Below, piece after piece: positions 8,554-17,140 of a stretch of DNA of 31,193 bases. How positions within the stretch are numbered: position 1 is the stretch's first letter; each line of letters begins with the position of its first letter. Under the pieces are notes generated by a model. It ran no database searches. It saw only the letters and a list, made by a program, of their open reading frames with translations, and was not told the origin of the DNA. Source of the stretch: a bacterium (GTDB lineage: Bacteria; BMS3Abin14); contig CP070698.1 in assembly GCA_020349685.1 (NCBI GenBank), forward strand, positions 1,693,208 through 1,724,400. The letters are read 5' to 3'. A program made the translations under genes and the position numbers.

Positions 8554-11500
8554 CTACTCTTCCGTGTCGCATCGGAGGCACCGTCGCGCCTCCTTGAGTG
8601 CCATCTCCTTGGTATAACCGAACTCCACCTCGGCGAAGTCCTTGAGCCTCTTTTCCAGCTCCATGGTCGGCATGGAAGGACGGACGAGATGCATGTCCTC
8701 CTCGGTGAGCTCAATGGCCTCCACGGGTTCCGTGTTGGGGATGGTTACCGAATACTTCGGGAGCACTTCCTCGCCGTTCAGGTAAAGCTCCATGTGGGCC
8801 GCGGCCCTCTTGCCGGCGCCGATGGCATCGATGACCATCCAGGGGCCTGTCACCACATCGCCCCCGGCGAAAACGCCCTCGACATTGGTCATCTGGGTGA
8901 AGGGGTGGACGTCGATGCTGTTCCACTTGCTGATGCTCAGACCGTGACCCTCCCCGAGGAAACTTAGATCGGGCTGTCCGCTGACCGCCACGATGAGGTT
9001 GTCCAGTTCGAGCTCGAACTCCGATCCCTCCACCGGAACGGGCCTGCGGCGCCCCGAAGAGTCAGGTTCGCCCAGCTCCATGCGGATGCACTGCACACCG
9101 GTGAGCTTGCCGCCCTTTGTCAGGACCTTTACGGGAGCCACGAGCAGTTCCAGGTTGGCTCCCTCGTGGAGGGCTTCTTCGATCTCCATATCGTCGGCGG
9201 GCATCTCCTTGCGCGTTCTGCGGTAGAGGATCGTCACCTCCGACCCCATTCTCAGGGAGACCCGGGTGGCATCGATAGCCGTGTTCCCGCCACCGACGAC
9301 GGCGACCTTTTTCCCCAGGGGCACCTTTTCCCCCAGGTTGATCTTCCGAAGGAAGGCCAGGCTCTCGTACACCCCTTGGGCGTCCTCTCCGGGGATGCCC
9401 ATTTTCAGATCCACGTGGGCGCCGGTGGCGATGAAGATGGCCTCGTAATCGAGCCGCAGCTGCTCGAAGGGGACCTTGACCCCTATGGGCGTTTTCAGGT
9501 GGAACTCCGCCCCCATCTTTTCGATGGCACTGATCTCGTGCTGGAGGGTGTCCCGCGGCAGACGGTACTCAGGGATGCCCAGCGTGAGCATGCCTCCCAT
9601 GATCCTCTGGGCTTCGAAGATAACGGGGCTGAAATCGCTCTTGCCCAGGTAGTGGGCCGCCGTCAGTCCTGCCGGTCCTCCGCCGACGATGGCGACTCTC
9701 TTTCCTTTTCCGGAGATCTTTTTCACGTGGATGCTGTACTTGCCCGAGATCTCCTCCTTGGCGGCGAAATCGGCCGCGACCCTTTTGAGAGTCCTGATGC
9801 TGATGGGTTCGTCCAGGTCGCCCCGCCTGCACTTGCTCTCGCAGGGGTGGTGGCATACCCGCCCGCAGACCGCCGGGAGGGGGTTGGTCATGCGTATGAG
9901 TTCCAGGGCTTCGCTGTACTTGCCCTGGCCGATCAGTGTCACGTAGGCGGGAACGTCTGTCTCAATGGGGCAGACGTGCTGGCACGGGGAAGAGATGATC
10001 TTCTTGCAGACGACAGCCGGACATCTCTTTTCCGTGATGTGGGCCTCGTACTCTTTCCGGAAGTACCGGATGGTGGAAAGGACCGGGTTGGCGGCCGTCT
10101 GTCCAAGGCCGCAAAGGGATGTGTTCTTGATCTCCTGGCCCAGTTCCTCCAGGTTCTTGAGGTCCTCCATGTTGCCATGTCCCGAAGTGATCCTGTCCAG
10201 GATCCCGAGCATGGTCCTCGTTCCCATGCGGCACGGGACGCACTTTCCGCATGATTCGGCTGTGGTAAAGTTCAGGAAGAACCTTGCCACGTCCACCATG
10301 CAGGTGCGTTCGTCCATGATGACCACACCGCCCGACCCCATCATGGCTCCGGCCTGGATCAGAGAATCATAGTCGATGGGAGTTTCCACGATCTCGGCGG
10401 GCAGGCATCCTCCGGAGGGACCTCCGAGCTGGGCTGCCTTGAACTTGCCGCCGCCAACGATACCACCGCCTATGTCATAGATGATCTCCTTGAGCTGGGT
10501 GCCCGCGGGGACCTCGATGAGTCCGGTGTGGTTGATCTTGCCGGTGAGGGCAAAAACCTTGGTGCCTTTGGTGCCCTCGGTGCCGATCCCGGCATACCTG
10601 TCCGCACCCTTCAGTATGATGGGCGGCACACATGCGAAGGTCTCGACGTTGTTGATGTTCGAAGGCTGGCCGTAAAGACCCTTGTGCGCCGGGAAGGGGG
10701 GTCGTGACCGCGGCATTCCCCTCTTGCCCTCGATGGAGGCCATAAGGGCCGTTTCCTCACCGCAGACGAAGGCCCCGGCCCCTTCCTTGATCCTCAGATG
10801 GAAGGAGAAGTCGGTGCCGAAGATCTTCTCTCCCAGGTAGTTCCTTTCCTCGGCCTGTCCGATGGCTGTTTTGAGCCTCTCGATAGCCAGGGGGTACTCT
10901 GCCCTGCAGTAAATGTAGCCGTATTGCGCGCCGATGGCATAGGCCGCGATGACCATACCCTCGATGACGGCGTGGGGATCCCCTTCGAGAACGCTGCGGT
11001 CCATGAAGGCTCCCGGGTCGCCCTCGTCGGCGTTGCAGATCAGGTATTTGGGGTCGCCTGCGGCATTGGCGCAGAACTCCCATTTCAGGCCTGTGGGGAA
11101 ACCGCCGCCACCGCGTCCCCTCAGCCCGGATTTCTTAACCACCTCCCGGACGATGGTGGGAGACATGGTCGTCAGCGCTTTTTCCGCCGCCTGGTAACCG
11201 TCGCTGTCCAGGTAGTCCTCGATCTTGTCCGGGTCTATGAAACCGCAGCGCCGCAGGACGATGCGGTTCTGCTTCTTGAAGAAGTCCAGTTCGTCGTAGG
11301 TGGGGATACCCTTGTAGATCTTTTCCCCGTTGGTGGTTATCTGTCCGATGGCGTAATCGGTTATCGGCTTGCCCTTGATCACGTGGTTCTCGATGATCTG
11401 CTGGATCATCTCTGGTTCGACCTTGGCATAGGTGACCCTGGCCATCCCCGGCAGGGAAACGTCTACAAGGACCTCCTGGTAGCACATGCCTATGCAGCCG

Positions 11501-11634
11501 GTCTTCAGGATCGGCACATCGATGGACATCTTGCCCATCTGCTGCTCCACCTCCGCCAGTACGCCCCTTGCGCCGGACGCGAGGCCGCAGGTCCCCATTC
11601 CAATGACGATAAGTTTGTCGCTGTCGTTTCCCAT
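8554..11634 (-). CDS. HydB/NuoF-like flavoprotein fused to a GltD/NfnB/SfrB-like FAD/NADP(H) oxidoreductase domain (1026 aa)
   Basis: N-terminal thioredoxin-like Fe-S domain (GTCG..GCIGMC); NuoF core (GLRGRGGGGFP, CNADEGDPGAFMDR, GAGAFVCGEETAL, ESCGKCVPCR..SLCGLG); then PCQHVCP, CGRVCHHPCESKC, GGGPAG, GIPEYRLP, GGGNTAID, YRR, FAGGD. Confidence 0.92.
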   Translation of the reverse strand: MGNDSDKLIVIGMGTCGLASGARGVLAEVEQQMGKMSIDVPILKTGCIGMCYQEVLVDVSLPGMARVTYAKVEPEMIQQIIENHVIKGKPITDYAIGQITTNGEKIYKGIPTYDELDFFKKQNRIVLRRCGFIDPDKIEDYLDSDGYQAAEKALTTMSPTIVREVVKKSGLRGRGGGGFPTGLKWEFCANAAGDPKYLICNADEGDPGAFMDRSVLEGDPHAVIEGMVIAAYAIGAQYGYIYCRAEYPLAIERLKTAIGQAEERNYLGEKIFGTDFSFHLRIKEGAGAFVCGEETALMASIEGKRGMPRSRPPFPAHKGLYGQPSNINNVETFACVPPIILKGADRYAGIGTEGTKGTKVFALTGKINHTGLIEVPAGTQLKEIIYDIGGGIVGGGKFKAAQLGGPSGGCLPAEIVETPIDYDSLIQAGAMMGSGGVVIMDERTCMVDVARFFLNFTTAESCGKCVPCRMGTRTMLGILDRITSGHGNMEDLKNLEELGQEIKNTSLCGLGQTAANPVLSTIRYFRKEYEAHITEKRCPAVVCKKIISSPCQHVCPIETDVPAYVTLIGQGKYSEALELIRMTNPLPAVCGRVCHHPCESKCRRGDLDEPISIRTLKRVAADFAAKEEISGKYSIHVKKISGKGKRVAIVGGGPAGLTAAHYLGKSDFSPVIFEAQRIMGGMLTLGIPEYRLPRDTLQHEISAIEKMGAEFHLKTPIGVKVPFEQLRLDYEAIFIATGAHVDLKMGIPGEDAQGVYESLAFLRKINLGEKVPLGKKVAVVGGGNTAIDATRVSLRMGSEVTILYRRTRKEMPADDMEIEEALHEGANLELLVAPVKVLTKGGKLTGVQCIRMELGEPDSSGRRRPVPVEGSEFELELDNLIVAVSGQPDLSFLGEGHGLSISKWNSIDVHPFTQMTNVEGVFAGGDVVTGPWMVIDAIGAGKRAAAHMELYLNGEEVLPKYSVTIPNTEPVEAIELTEEDMHLVRPSMPTMELEKRLKDFAEVEFGYTKEMALKEARRCLRCDTEE

Positions 11635-11664
11635 CAGCTCCTGTATCCTCCTGAAGAGTGGTGC

Positions 11665-12210
11665 CTATTCTGCTCTCTTCATCGTGTCCATTTCTCGAAG
11701 GTTATCCATGATCCTCTCGGTCTTGACGGAGTCAAGCGTTCCGTGGGCATCGTTGTCGATCATGATGACGGGGGCCAGGCCGCAGGCGCCGAGGCAGGCC
11801 ACCTTTTCGAAGGAGGCGAACATGTCCTCGGTCGTTTCTCCATGGCCTATGCCGAGCATGTGCTCGAGCTTGCTGATCACCGTTTTCCCGCCCCTGACGT
11901 GACAGGCCGTCCCGCTACACGCCCGGATGATGTGCCTGCCGCGAGGGGTCAGATGGAACTGGGTATAGAAGGTCAGGACCCCGTAGACCTGGCTGCGGTA
12001 AAGCCGCATCCTGTCGGCCACAACGTTGGCCGCCTCCTCGGGCACGTAACCGTAGACCGTCTGGACATCCTGAAGGACGGGGATCAGCATCCCCTTTGTT
12101 TCCTTGAGGGAATCGATGATCCTGTGCACCGGAGCCAGGTCTATCTGCTCCTCCTCTTCCTCGATCCCGGCGTCCTGCTTGACATCCTCTAGAGTGACAT
12201 CGGCGCTCAC
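11665..12210 (-). CDS. nuoE: NuoE/HydC-like [2Fe-2S] subunit, copy 2 (about 181 aa)
   Basis: CSGTACHVRG and ACLGACGLAPV. Start placed at GTG 12210 (GGAGGT upstream, GTGA overlap with the upstream stop); the ORF track extends to 12222. Confidence 0.9.
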   Translation of the reverse strand: MSADVTLEDVKQDAGIEEEEEQIDLAPVHRIIDSLKETKGMLIPVLQDVQTVYGYVPEEAANVVADRMRLYRSQVYGVLTFYTQFHLTPRGRHIIRACSGTACHVRGGKTVISKLEHMLGIGHGETTEDMFASFEKVACLGACGLAPVIMIDNDAHGTLDSVKTERIMDNLREMDTMKRAE

Positions 12211-12674
12211 CGCCACCTCCACATGTAGTTCACCATATCGATATATCTTTCGTTCATACTCCGCAGCTGGTCGATCAGTTCCCCCACCAGGAGCTTCATA
12301 ATCTTCACGGCATCGGCGGGATACTTCTCGACGAACCTGTCGAAGTCGTTCTTGTCGAGAAGGTAGAGGGCACAGTCACCATGTGCCGAAGCGTTGGCCG
12401 AGTGGGTGCCCTCCGAGAGGAAGGTCATGATACCAGCGAACCCGCCCGCGTTCACCATGCCCAGGCTCTGGGCTTCCCCTTCCTTGGCCCTCTTGGTGAT
12501 CTTGACGACACCGCTCCCCACCAGATAGAGGTCGCCTCCCAGCGTGCCTTCGTTGAAAATGGACTCCTTGTCCTGATAGGTCCTCTTCTGCAGAGCGCCG
12601 GCCAGATATGAGAGCGCCTCCTCCGAGATTTCCTTGAGGGACTCTATCTCCTTGAGTTGGCTAATTTCGATCAT
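12207..12674 (-). CDS. Stand-alone cyclic-nucleotide-binding-fold (Crp N-terminal type) protein, no HTH (155 aa)
   Basis: IFNEG..LYLVGSGVVKI..LGMVNAGGFAG..HSANASA followed by a C-helix. ATG 12674 is preceded by GAGGAGG; the ORF track start at 12737 overlaps nuoG1. Confidence 0.85.
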   Translation of the reverse strand: MIEISQLKEIESLKEISEEALSYLAGALQKRTYQDKESIFNEGTLGGDLYLVGSGVVKITKRAKEGEAQSLGMVNAGGFAGIMTFLSEGTHSANASAHGDCALYLLDKNDFDRFVEKYPADAVKIMKLLVGELIDQLRSMNERYIDMVNYMWRWR

Positions 12675-12687
12675 TTGGTAATCCTCC

Positions 12688-15369
12688 TCAGGCTTTGACC
12701 ACACGCACGTGGACGATGGCCGTTCGTGCCTGGTCATCGGGACCTGGAATCATGAGGGCGCTCACGGGAGCGTTTTTAAAGTGGCGCGGCAAAAAGAGCA
12801 TCCCTGGGGCTATATCCTCGGAATAGCTGACAGTAACGGTAAATTCACCCTGGGTTGAGACGGCGCGGACCGAGCTTCCGTCCTGGACATCGAGACCCAT
12901 GCCCGTCTGGGGGTTCATCAAAAGGGTGGCCTGGGCAGCCAGCTGGTTCAAGGATTCCGAATACCTGGTAAAGCTGCCGGAATGGAAAAGCAGGTCTCCG
13001 AGCACCAGCGTCATGGGATATTTGGAATCGGCACTGTGCGTTTCCCAAACAGGCACAGCAGCGAAAAACTGCTTATCCTTGCTCAGGCCTTCCGGCAGAA
13101 GGTGCCTCGTACCCAGATATCCCTCGTGATAGACCTCCCGGGCGTCATCGCGGGAGAAAGGCCATTGAAGCCCGTTGTCGGCCAGGATCTGATGGTTGAT
13201 ACCGGAATAGAAGGGCACCACACTGGCTATCTCGTCCATTACCTCGGAGGAGTTCAGATAGTTCATCCCCTCTTCGCCGCAGGCGACACCAAGGTCGGAG
13301 AAGATCTTCCAATCGGGCAGGCTGTGTCCCAAGCCGTCGATGGCTTTGCTGGTTTTCTGGACGCGCCTTTCAACGTTGGTAAGCGTACCGTTCTTCTCTG
13401 CCAGGGAAGTGGCGGGAAGCACCACGTCGGCCAGTTTGGCGGTATCGGTCAGGAAGAGCTCCTGGACCACGAGGAACTCCATCTTCTTGAGCGCCTTTTC
13501 CAGGTCCTCCCCTCCCGGGAACGTTGCCAGAGGGTTGACGCCGGCGAGATAGAGGGCTTTCAGCTTCCCGGCCGCGGCGGCCTGGATCATCTCATAGGCA
13601 CTCTTCCCCCCGTCCTTGGGCACTTTGCCATTCCAGGCCTTCTCCACTCTCTTTCTTTCGGAATCAGAACTGACTGCGGCATGCCCGGGCAGCCAGTTGG
13701 GGGAAACGCCCATGTCCAGAGCGCCCTGGAAGTTGGTGCCTGACAGGATGGGGTAGAGACCGCATCCTTCCTGTCCCAGCTTTCCCGTGAGCACGAGCAG
13801 ATCGATGACCGCCTCCAGGACCTTCTCACCCCCGGCCTGCAGTACCGCTGTCTCGCCGAAGATGATGGAGGCCTTCTTGGCACCGGCGAACTCCCTGGCC
13901 GTCTGGGTGATCTCATCGACGCTGCAATCCGTTTCCCGTGCGATCTCCTTGAGGCTCTTGTCCCTGACGGAGAATTCGAGTTCGGAGAATTTGCCGTACT
14001 TCCCCAGGGTCTCGCTGTCGTAGAGCCCCTCCTCCAGGATCACCTTGATCAGCCCCTTCACCAGGGCGAGCTCTTTCCCCACCGGGACGGCGAGGGATCT
14101 CCGGGCCAATCTGGAAAGAGCTGTCTTTCCGGGGTTGACCTCCGTTACGAGCCCTCCCCGGCGGATAGCCTGTTTCACTTTCAGTCCGGAAATGGGGTTG
14201 GCCACGGTGATGTCGCAGCCGACAATGAGCAGGGCGTCGGTATAGTTGAGATCGTCCAGGGAGTTGGTGGCGGCCCGCACGCCCATCCGCTTTTCCAGGA
14301 CGGGAACGACCGTCCTGGACCAGAGGCCGGAGGGAGTATCCACGTTGTTGCTGGAAAAGACCATCCGCATGAGCTTCTGGAAAAGGTAGAGATCCTCGTT
14401 GGTGAGCCTGTCGGAAGCGATGCCGCCGACGGCTTTGCCACCGCTTTCCCGGGATATGCGCTTCATGTTCCTGGCAACCTCTTCCAGGGCGCTTTGCCAG
14501 GTCGTTCGTCTCAAGACACCATCGGCGTCCCGCACCATCGGGGCGGTGATCCTGTCAGGGTGATTGATGACGTCATAGCCGAAGAAGCCCTTGGAACAGA
14601 GGCTTCCCATGTTGAGCCCCCGCCCCTCGGCGTGCGTGACACGATACACGACGTTGTCGCGATAGTTGTAGCTGAGGGTGCAGCCGCAGCTGCAGTAGGG
14701 ACAGATAGCTTCCGATTTTTCCATCTCCCAGGTCCGGACCTTGTGTTTCATGGCCCTGGAAGTAATGGCACCAACGGGACAGGACCAGATGCAGTGGCTG
14801 CAGTATTCACAGTCCAGCGATTTGTCCATGAACGGGCCCACCACGGTGGCTGCGCCCCTGTAGGACATGCCCAGGGCGGTCACTCCCTGGATCTCTTCAC
14901 AGACCCTGACGCAGCGCTTGCACTGGATGCATCTGTTGAGGTTTCGATCGATGAGGGGGCTGATGATATGGTCCCTGAGAATCCTTTTTTTACCTTTGAA
15001 GCGCGTCTCCGCGCTGCCGTGCTTGAAAGCCAGGTCCTGGAGGGTGCACTCGCCGGAGGCATCGCATACCGTGCACTCCAGGGGATGGTTGATGAGAAGG
15101 AACTCCAGCATCATCCTCCGGGCCTTCTCGACCCTCGGCGTGTCGGTGCGGACCACCATCCCGTCGTTGACGGCGAGGGTGCAGGCGGTCTGCAGTTTCC
15201 CCATCCCTTCGACCTCCACGAGACACATCCGGCACGCCCCGAGATCACTCAGGCGCGCCTGGTGGCAGAAGGTGGGAATGTGGATCCCGAGCTTGCTGGC
15301 CGCATCGAGGACGTTGACGTGGCCGTCGACCATGATCTGCCTGCCATCTATTGTAAGCCGAACCATCAT
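12688..15369 (-). CDS. nuoG: NADH-quinone oxidoreductase subunit G, copy 1 (893 aa)
   Basis: FCHQ, GACRMC, TAC, HPLECTVCDASGEC, CIQCKRCVRVC, CEYCSHCIWSCPVGA, CPYCSCGC..LCSKG, followed by a degenerate molybdopterin-type fold; overlaps the nuoF1 stop. Confidence 0.92.
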   Translation of the reverse strand: MMVRLTIDGRQIMVDGHVNVLDAASKLGIHIPTFCHQARLSDLGACRMCLVEVEGMGKLQTACTLAVNDGMVVRTDTPRVEKARRMMLEFLLINHPLECTVCDASGECTLQDLAFKHGSAETRFKGKKRILRDHIISPLIDRNLNRCIQCKRCVRVCEEIQGVTALGMSYRGAATVVGPFMDKSLDCEYCSHCIWSCPVGAITSRAMKHKVRTWEMEKSEAICPYCSCGCTLSYNYRDNVVYRVTHAEGRGLNMGSLCSKGFFGYDVINHPDRITAPMVRDADGVLRRTTWQSALEEVARNMKRISRESGGKAVGGIASDRLTNEDLYLFQKLMRMVFSSNNVDTPSGLWSRTVVPVLEKRMGVRAATNSLDDLNYTDALLIVGCDITVANPISGLKVKQAIRRGGLVTEVNPGKTALSRLARRSLAVPVGKELALVKGLIKVILEEGLYDSETLGKYGKFSELEFSVRDKSLKEIARETDCSVDEITQTAREFAGAKKASIIFGETAVLQAGGEKVLEAVIDLLVLTGKLGQEGCGLYPILSGTNFQGALDMGVSPNWLPGHAAVSSDSERKRVEKAWNGKVPKDGGKSAYEMIQAAAAGKLKALYLAGVNPLATFPGGEDLEKALKKMEFLVVQELFLTDTAKLADVVLPATSLAEKNGTLTNVERRVQKTSKAIDGLGHSLPDWKIFSDLGVACGEEGMNYLNSSEVMDEIASVVPFYSGINHQILADNGLQWPFSRDDAREVYHEGYLGTRHLLPEGLSKDKQFFAAVPVWETHSADSKYPMTLVLGDLLFHSGSFTRYSESLNQLAAQATLLMNPQTGMGLDVQDGSSVRAVSTQGEFTVTVSYSEDIAPGMLFLPRHFKNAPVSALMIPGPDDQARTAIVHVRVVKA

Positions 15370-16652
15370 GATGCTGCCTCTGTTTCCGCCTCACCGGAAC
15401 CGCTGTTCCTCAAATAGGCAAGATATTCCCCCCGGAATTTCTTGATCGTACTCTCCACACAGCTGACGGACGCCTCGCCCAGGCCGCAGAAGGATGTGGA
15501 CCGGATCCCTTCGCATATCTCCAGGAGGAGATCCAGATCCTGCTCGCTGGCGCTGCCTTCGAGGATCTGGTCGAGGATCCTGCGCACCCAGAACAGACCC
15601 TCCCGGCAGGGCGTGCATTTACCGCACGATTCGTGCTCGAAAAACTTGATGAGCACGTGGGTGGCCTTGACCATATCGGCCGTGTCATCCAGTACGATGA
15701 CAGCCCCCGAACCCAGCATGCTCCCGGCTACGGCCAGGGAGTTGAAATCCAGCTTGACGTCCAGCTGGGACTCGTCGAGGCAGGCCGACGAGGCCCCCCC
15801 GGGGAAGGCCGCCTTGAAGGTTCTTCCTTCTCTCATGCCTCCCGCGTTATCGAAGATAAGCTCCCGCAGGGTCACCCCCATGGGAAGCTCGTAGACACCG
15901 GGGCGGGCCACATGTCCGCTCACGGAATAGAGCTTGGTTCCCGGGCATTCGGGAGTGCCGATGGAGGCGTACCAGGCGCCGCCCCTGAGGATGATGGGGG
16001 GCACCGATGCCAGGGTCTCGACGTTGTTGACGACGGTGGGAAGGTTGCTGTAGCCCACATTCACCGGGAAGGGAGGGCGGATCCTCGACTGTCCCCTTTT
16101 TCCCTCGAGAGATTCGATAAGGGCCGTTTCCTCACCGCAGACGTAAGCCCCGGCACCGCGGTGTACCGTTACGGAGAAGTTGAAACCGGAGTTGAGGATG
16201 TTGTCGCCAAGGAAGGAACGGCTCGTGGCTTCCGCGATGGCCCTTTCCAGGATCCTGGCGCCCTGGGGGTACTCTCCCCGGATGTAGATAAAGCCCTTTT
16301 CGGCGCCTGCGGCGTAACCGGCCAGCGCCATCCCCTCCAGGATGGCATGGGGGTCGTTCTCGATGAGCACCCGGTCCTTGAAGGTACCCGGCTCCCCCTC
16401 ATCGGCGTTGCAAATTATGTATTTGGGCTTCCTGCGGTCCCGGGAGGCGAAATCCCATTTCATCCCGGCTGGGAACCCGGCTCCTCCCCGCCCCCTCAAC
16501 CGTGCGATCTTGACCTCGTCGATAACTTCTTCGGGGGTCATCTCATTGAGGGCACGCGGCAGGGCCACATACCCCTCGTTGACCAGGTACGAGTCGATAT
16601 GGGCCGGGTTGGGCCTGCTTACGTTTCGTGTAAGGATCTTCAGTTCGCTCAC
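15366..16652 (-). CDS. nuoF: NADH-quinone oxidoreductase subunit F, copy 1 (428 aa)
   Basis: LRGRGGAGFPAG, CNADEGEPGTFKDR, GAGAYVCGEETAL, ESCGKCTPCREG..SFCGLG; canonical length with no extra domains. Confidence 0.96.
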   Translation of the reverse strand: MSELKILTRNVSRPNPAHIDSYLVNEGYVALPRALNEMTPEEVIDEVKIARLRGRGGAGFPAGMKWDFASRDRRKPKYIICNADEGEPGTFKDRVLIENDPHAILEGMALAGYAAGAEKGFIYIRGEYPQGARILERAIAEATSRSFLGDNILNSGFNFSVTVHRGAGAYVCGEETALIESLEGKRGQSRIRPPFPVNVGYSNLPTVVNNVETLASVPPIILRGGAWYASIGTPECPGTKLYSVSGHVARPGVYELPMGVTLRELIFDNAGGMREGRTFKAAFPGGASSACLDESQLDVKLDFNSLAVAGSMLGSGAVIVLDDTADMVKATHVLIKFFEHESCGKCTPCREGLFWVRRILDQILEGSASEQDLDLLLEICEGIRSTSFCGLGEASVSCVESTIKKFRGEYLAYLRNSGSGEAETEAAS

Positions 16653-17140
16653 GGCTTCTCTCGGTATGAGTTAAGGATCCGGCTGACCGAATCCACCGTT
16701 ACGCTCCGGTGCAGGTCGCCGTCGATCATCATGGCCGGGGCATGATCGCAGGCGCCGATGCACTCCACTTCCACGAGAGTGAAGACACGGTCAGGGGTCG
16801 TGGCGCCGACGTCGATGCCGAGCTCTCTTTTGAGCCCCTGAAGGACCTCCTCGGCCCCGTTGACGTGGCAGCTGAGGTTGCGGCAAACCTGAACCAGGTG
16901 CCTGCCGACCGGCTCCGTGAAAAGCATGGTGTAGTAGGTCGCGACCTCGAAGGTCCGGACGTGGGGCACCCCGATGAATTCTGCCACAAAGGTCAGGGCC
17001 TGTTCGGAAAGGTGTCCCTGCGCCCCCTGCACGTAATGCAGCAGAGGAAGGATAGCTGAGGCAGGTTCCTGGTAGCGGGCCCGAATGTTCTCCATGTCAG
17101 AGAACTCCTTGGCGCTGAAGACCTCCGTGCTTTTCATCAT
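16649..17140 (-). CDS. nuoE: NADH-quinone oxidoreductase subunit E, copy 1 (163 aa)
   Basis: VCRNLSC and ECIGACDHAP; 4-bp overlaps with nuoD and nuoF1. Confidence 0.95.
   Translation of the reverse strand: MMKSTEVFSAKEFSDMENIRARYQEPASAILPLLHYVQGAQGHLSEQALTFVAEFIGVPHVRTFEVATYYTMLFTEPVGRHLVQVCRNLSCHVNGAEEVLQGLKRELGIDVGATTPDRVFTLVEVECIGACDHAPAMMIDGDLHRSVTVDSVSRILNSYREKP

Noticed and set aside
8554-11634. Glutamate synthase small subunit, or part of an [FeFe]-hydrogenase
   Set aside because: The GltD-like domain is fused to NuoF, there is no gltB nearby, and neither G subunit has H-cluster motifs.
10798-12192. Long antisense or alternate-frame ORFs (e.g. 10798-12192, 7332-8537, 5940-7016, 15633-16745, 19965-21122, 28852-29745)
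   Set aside because: They lie opposite well-supported genes and have no recognisable motifs; such shadow ORFs are expected from high-GC codon usage.
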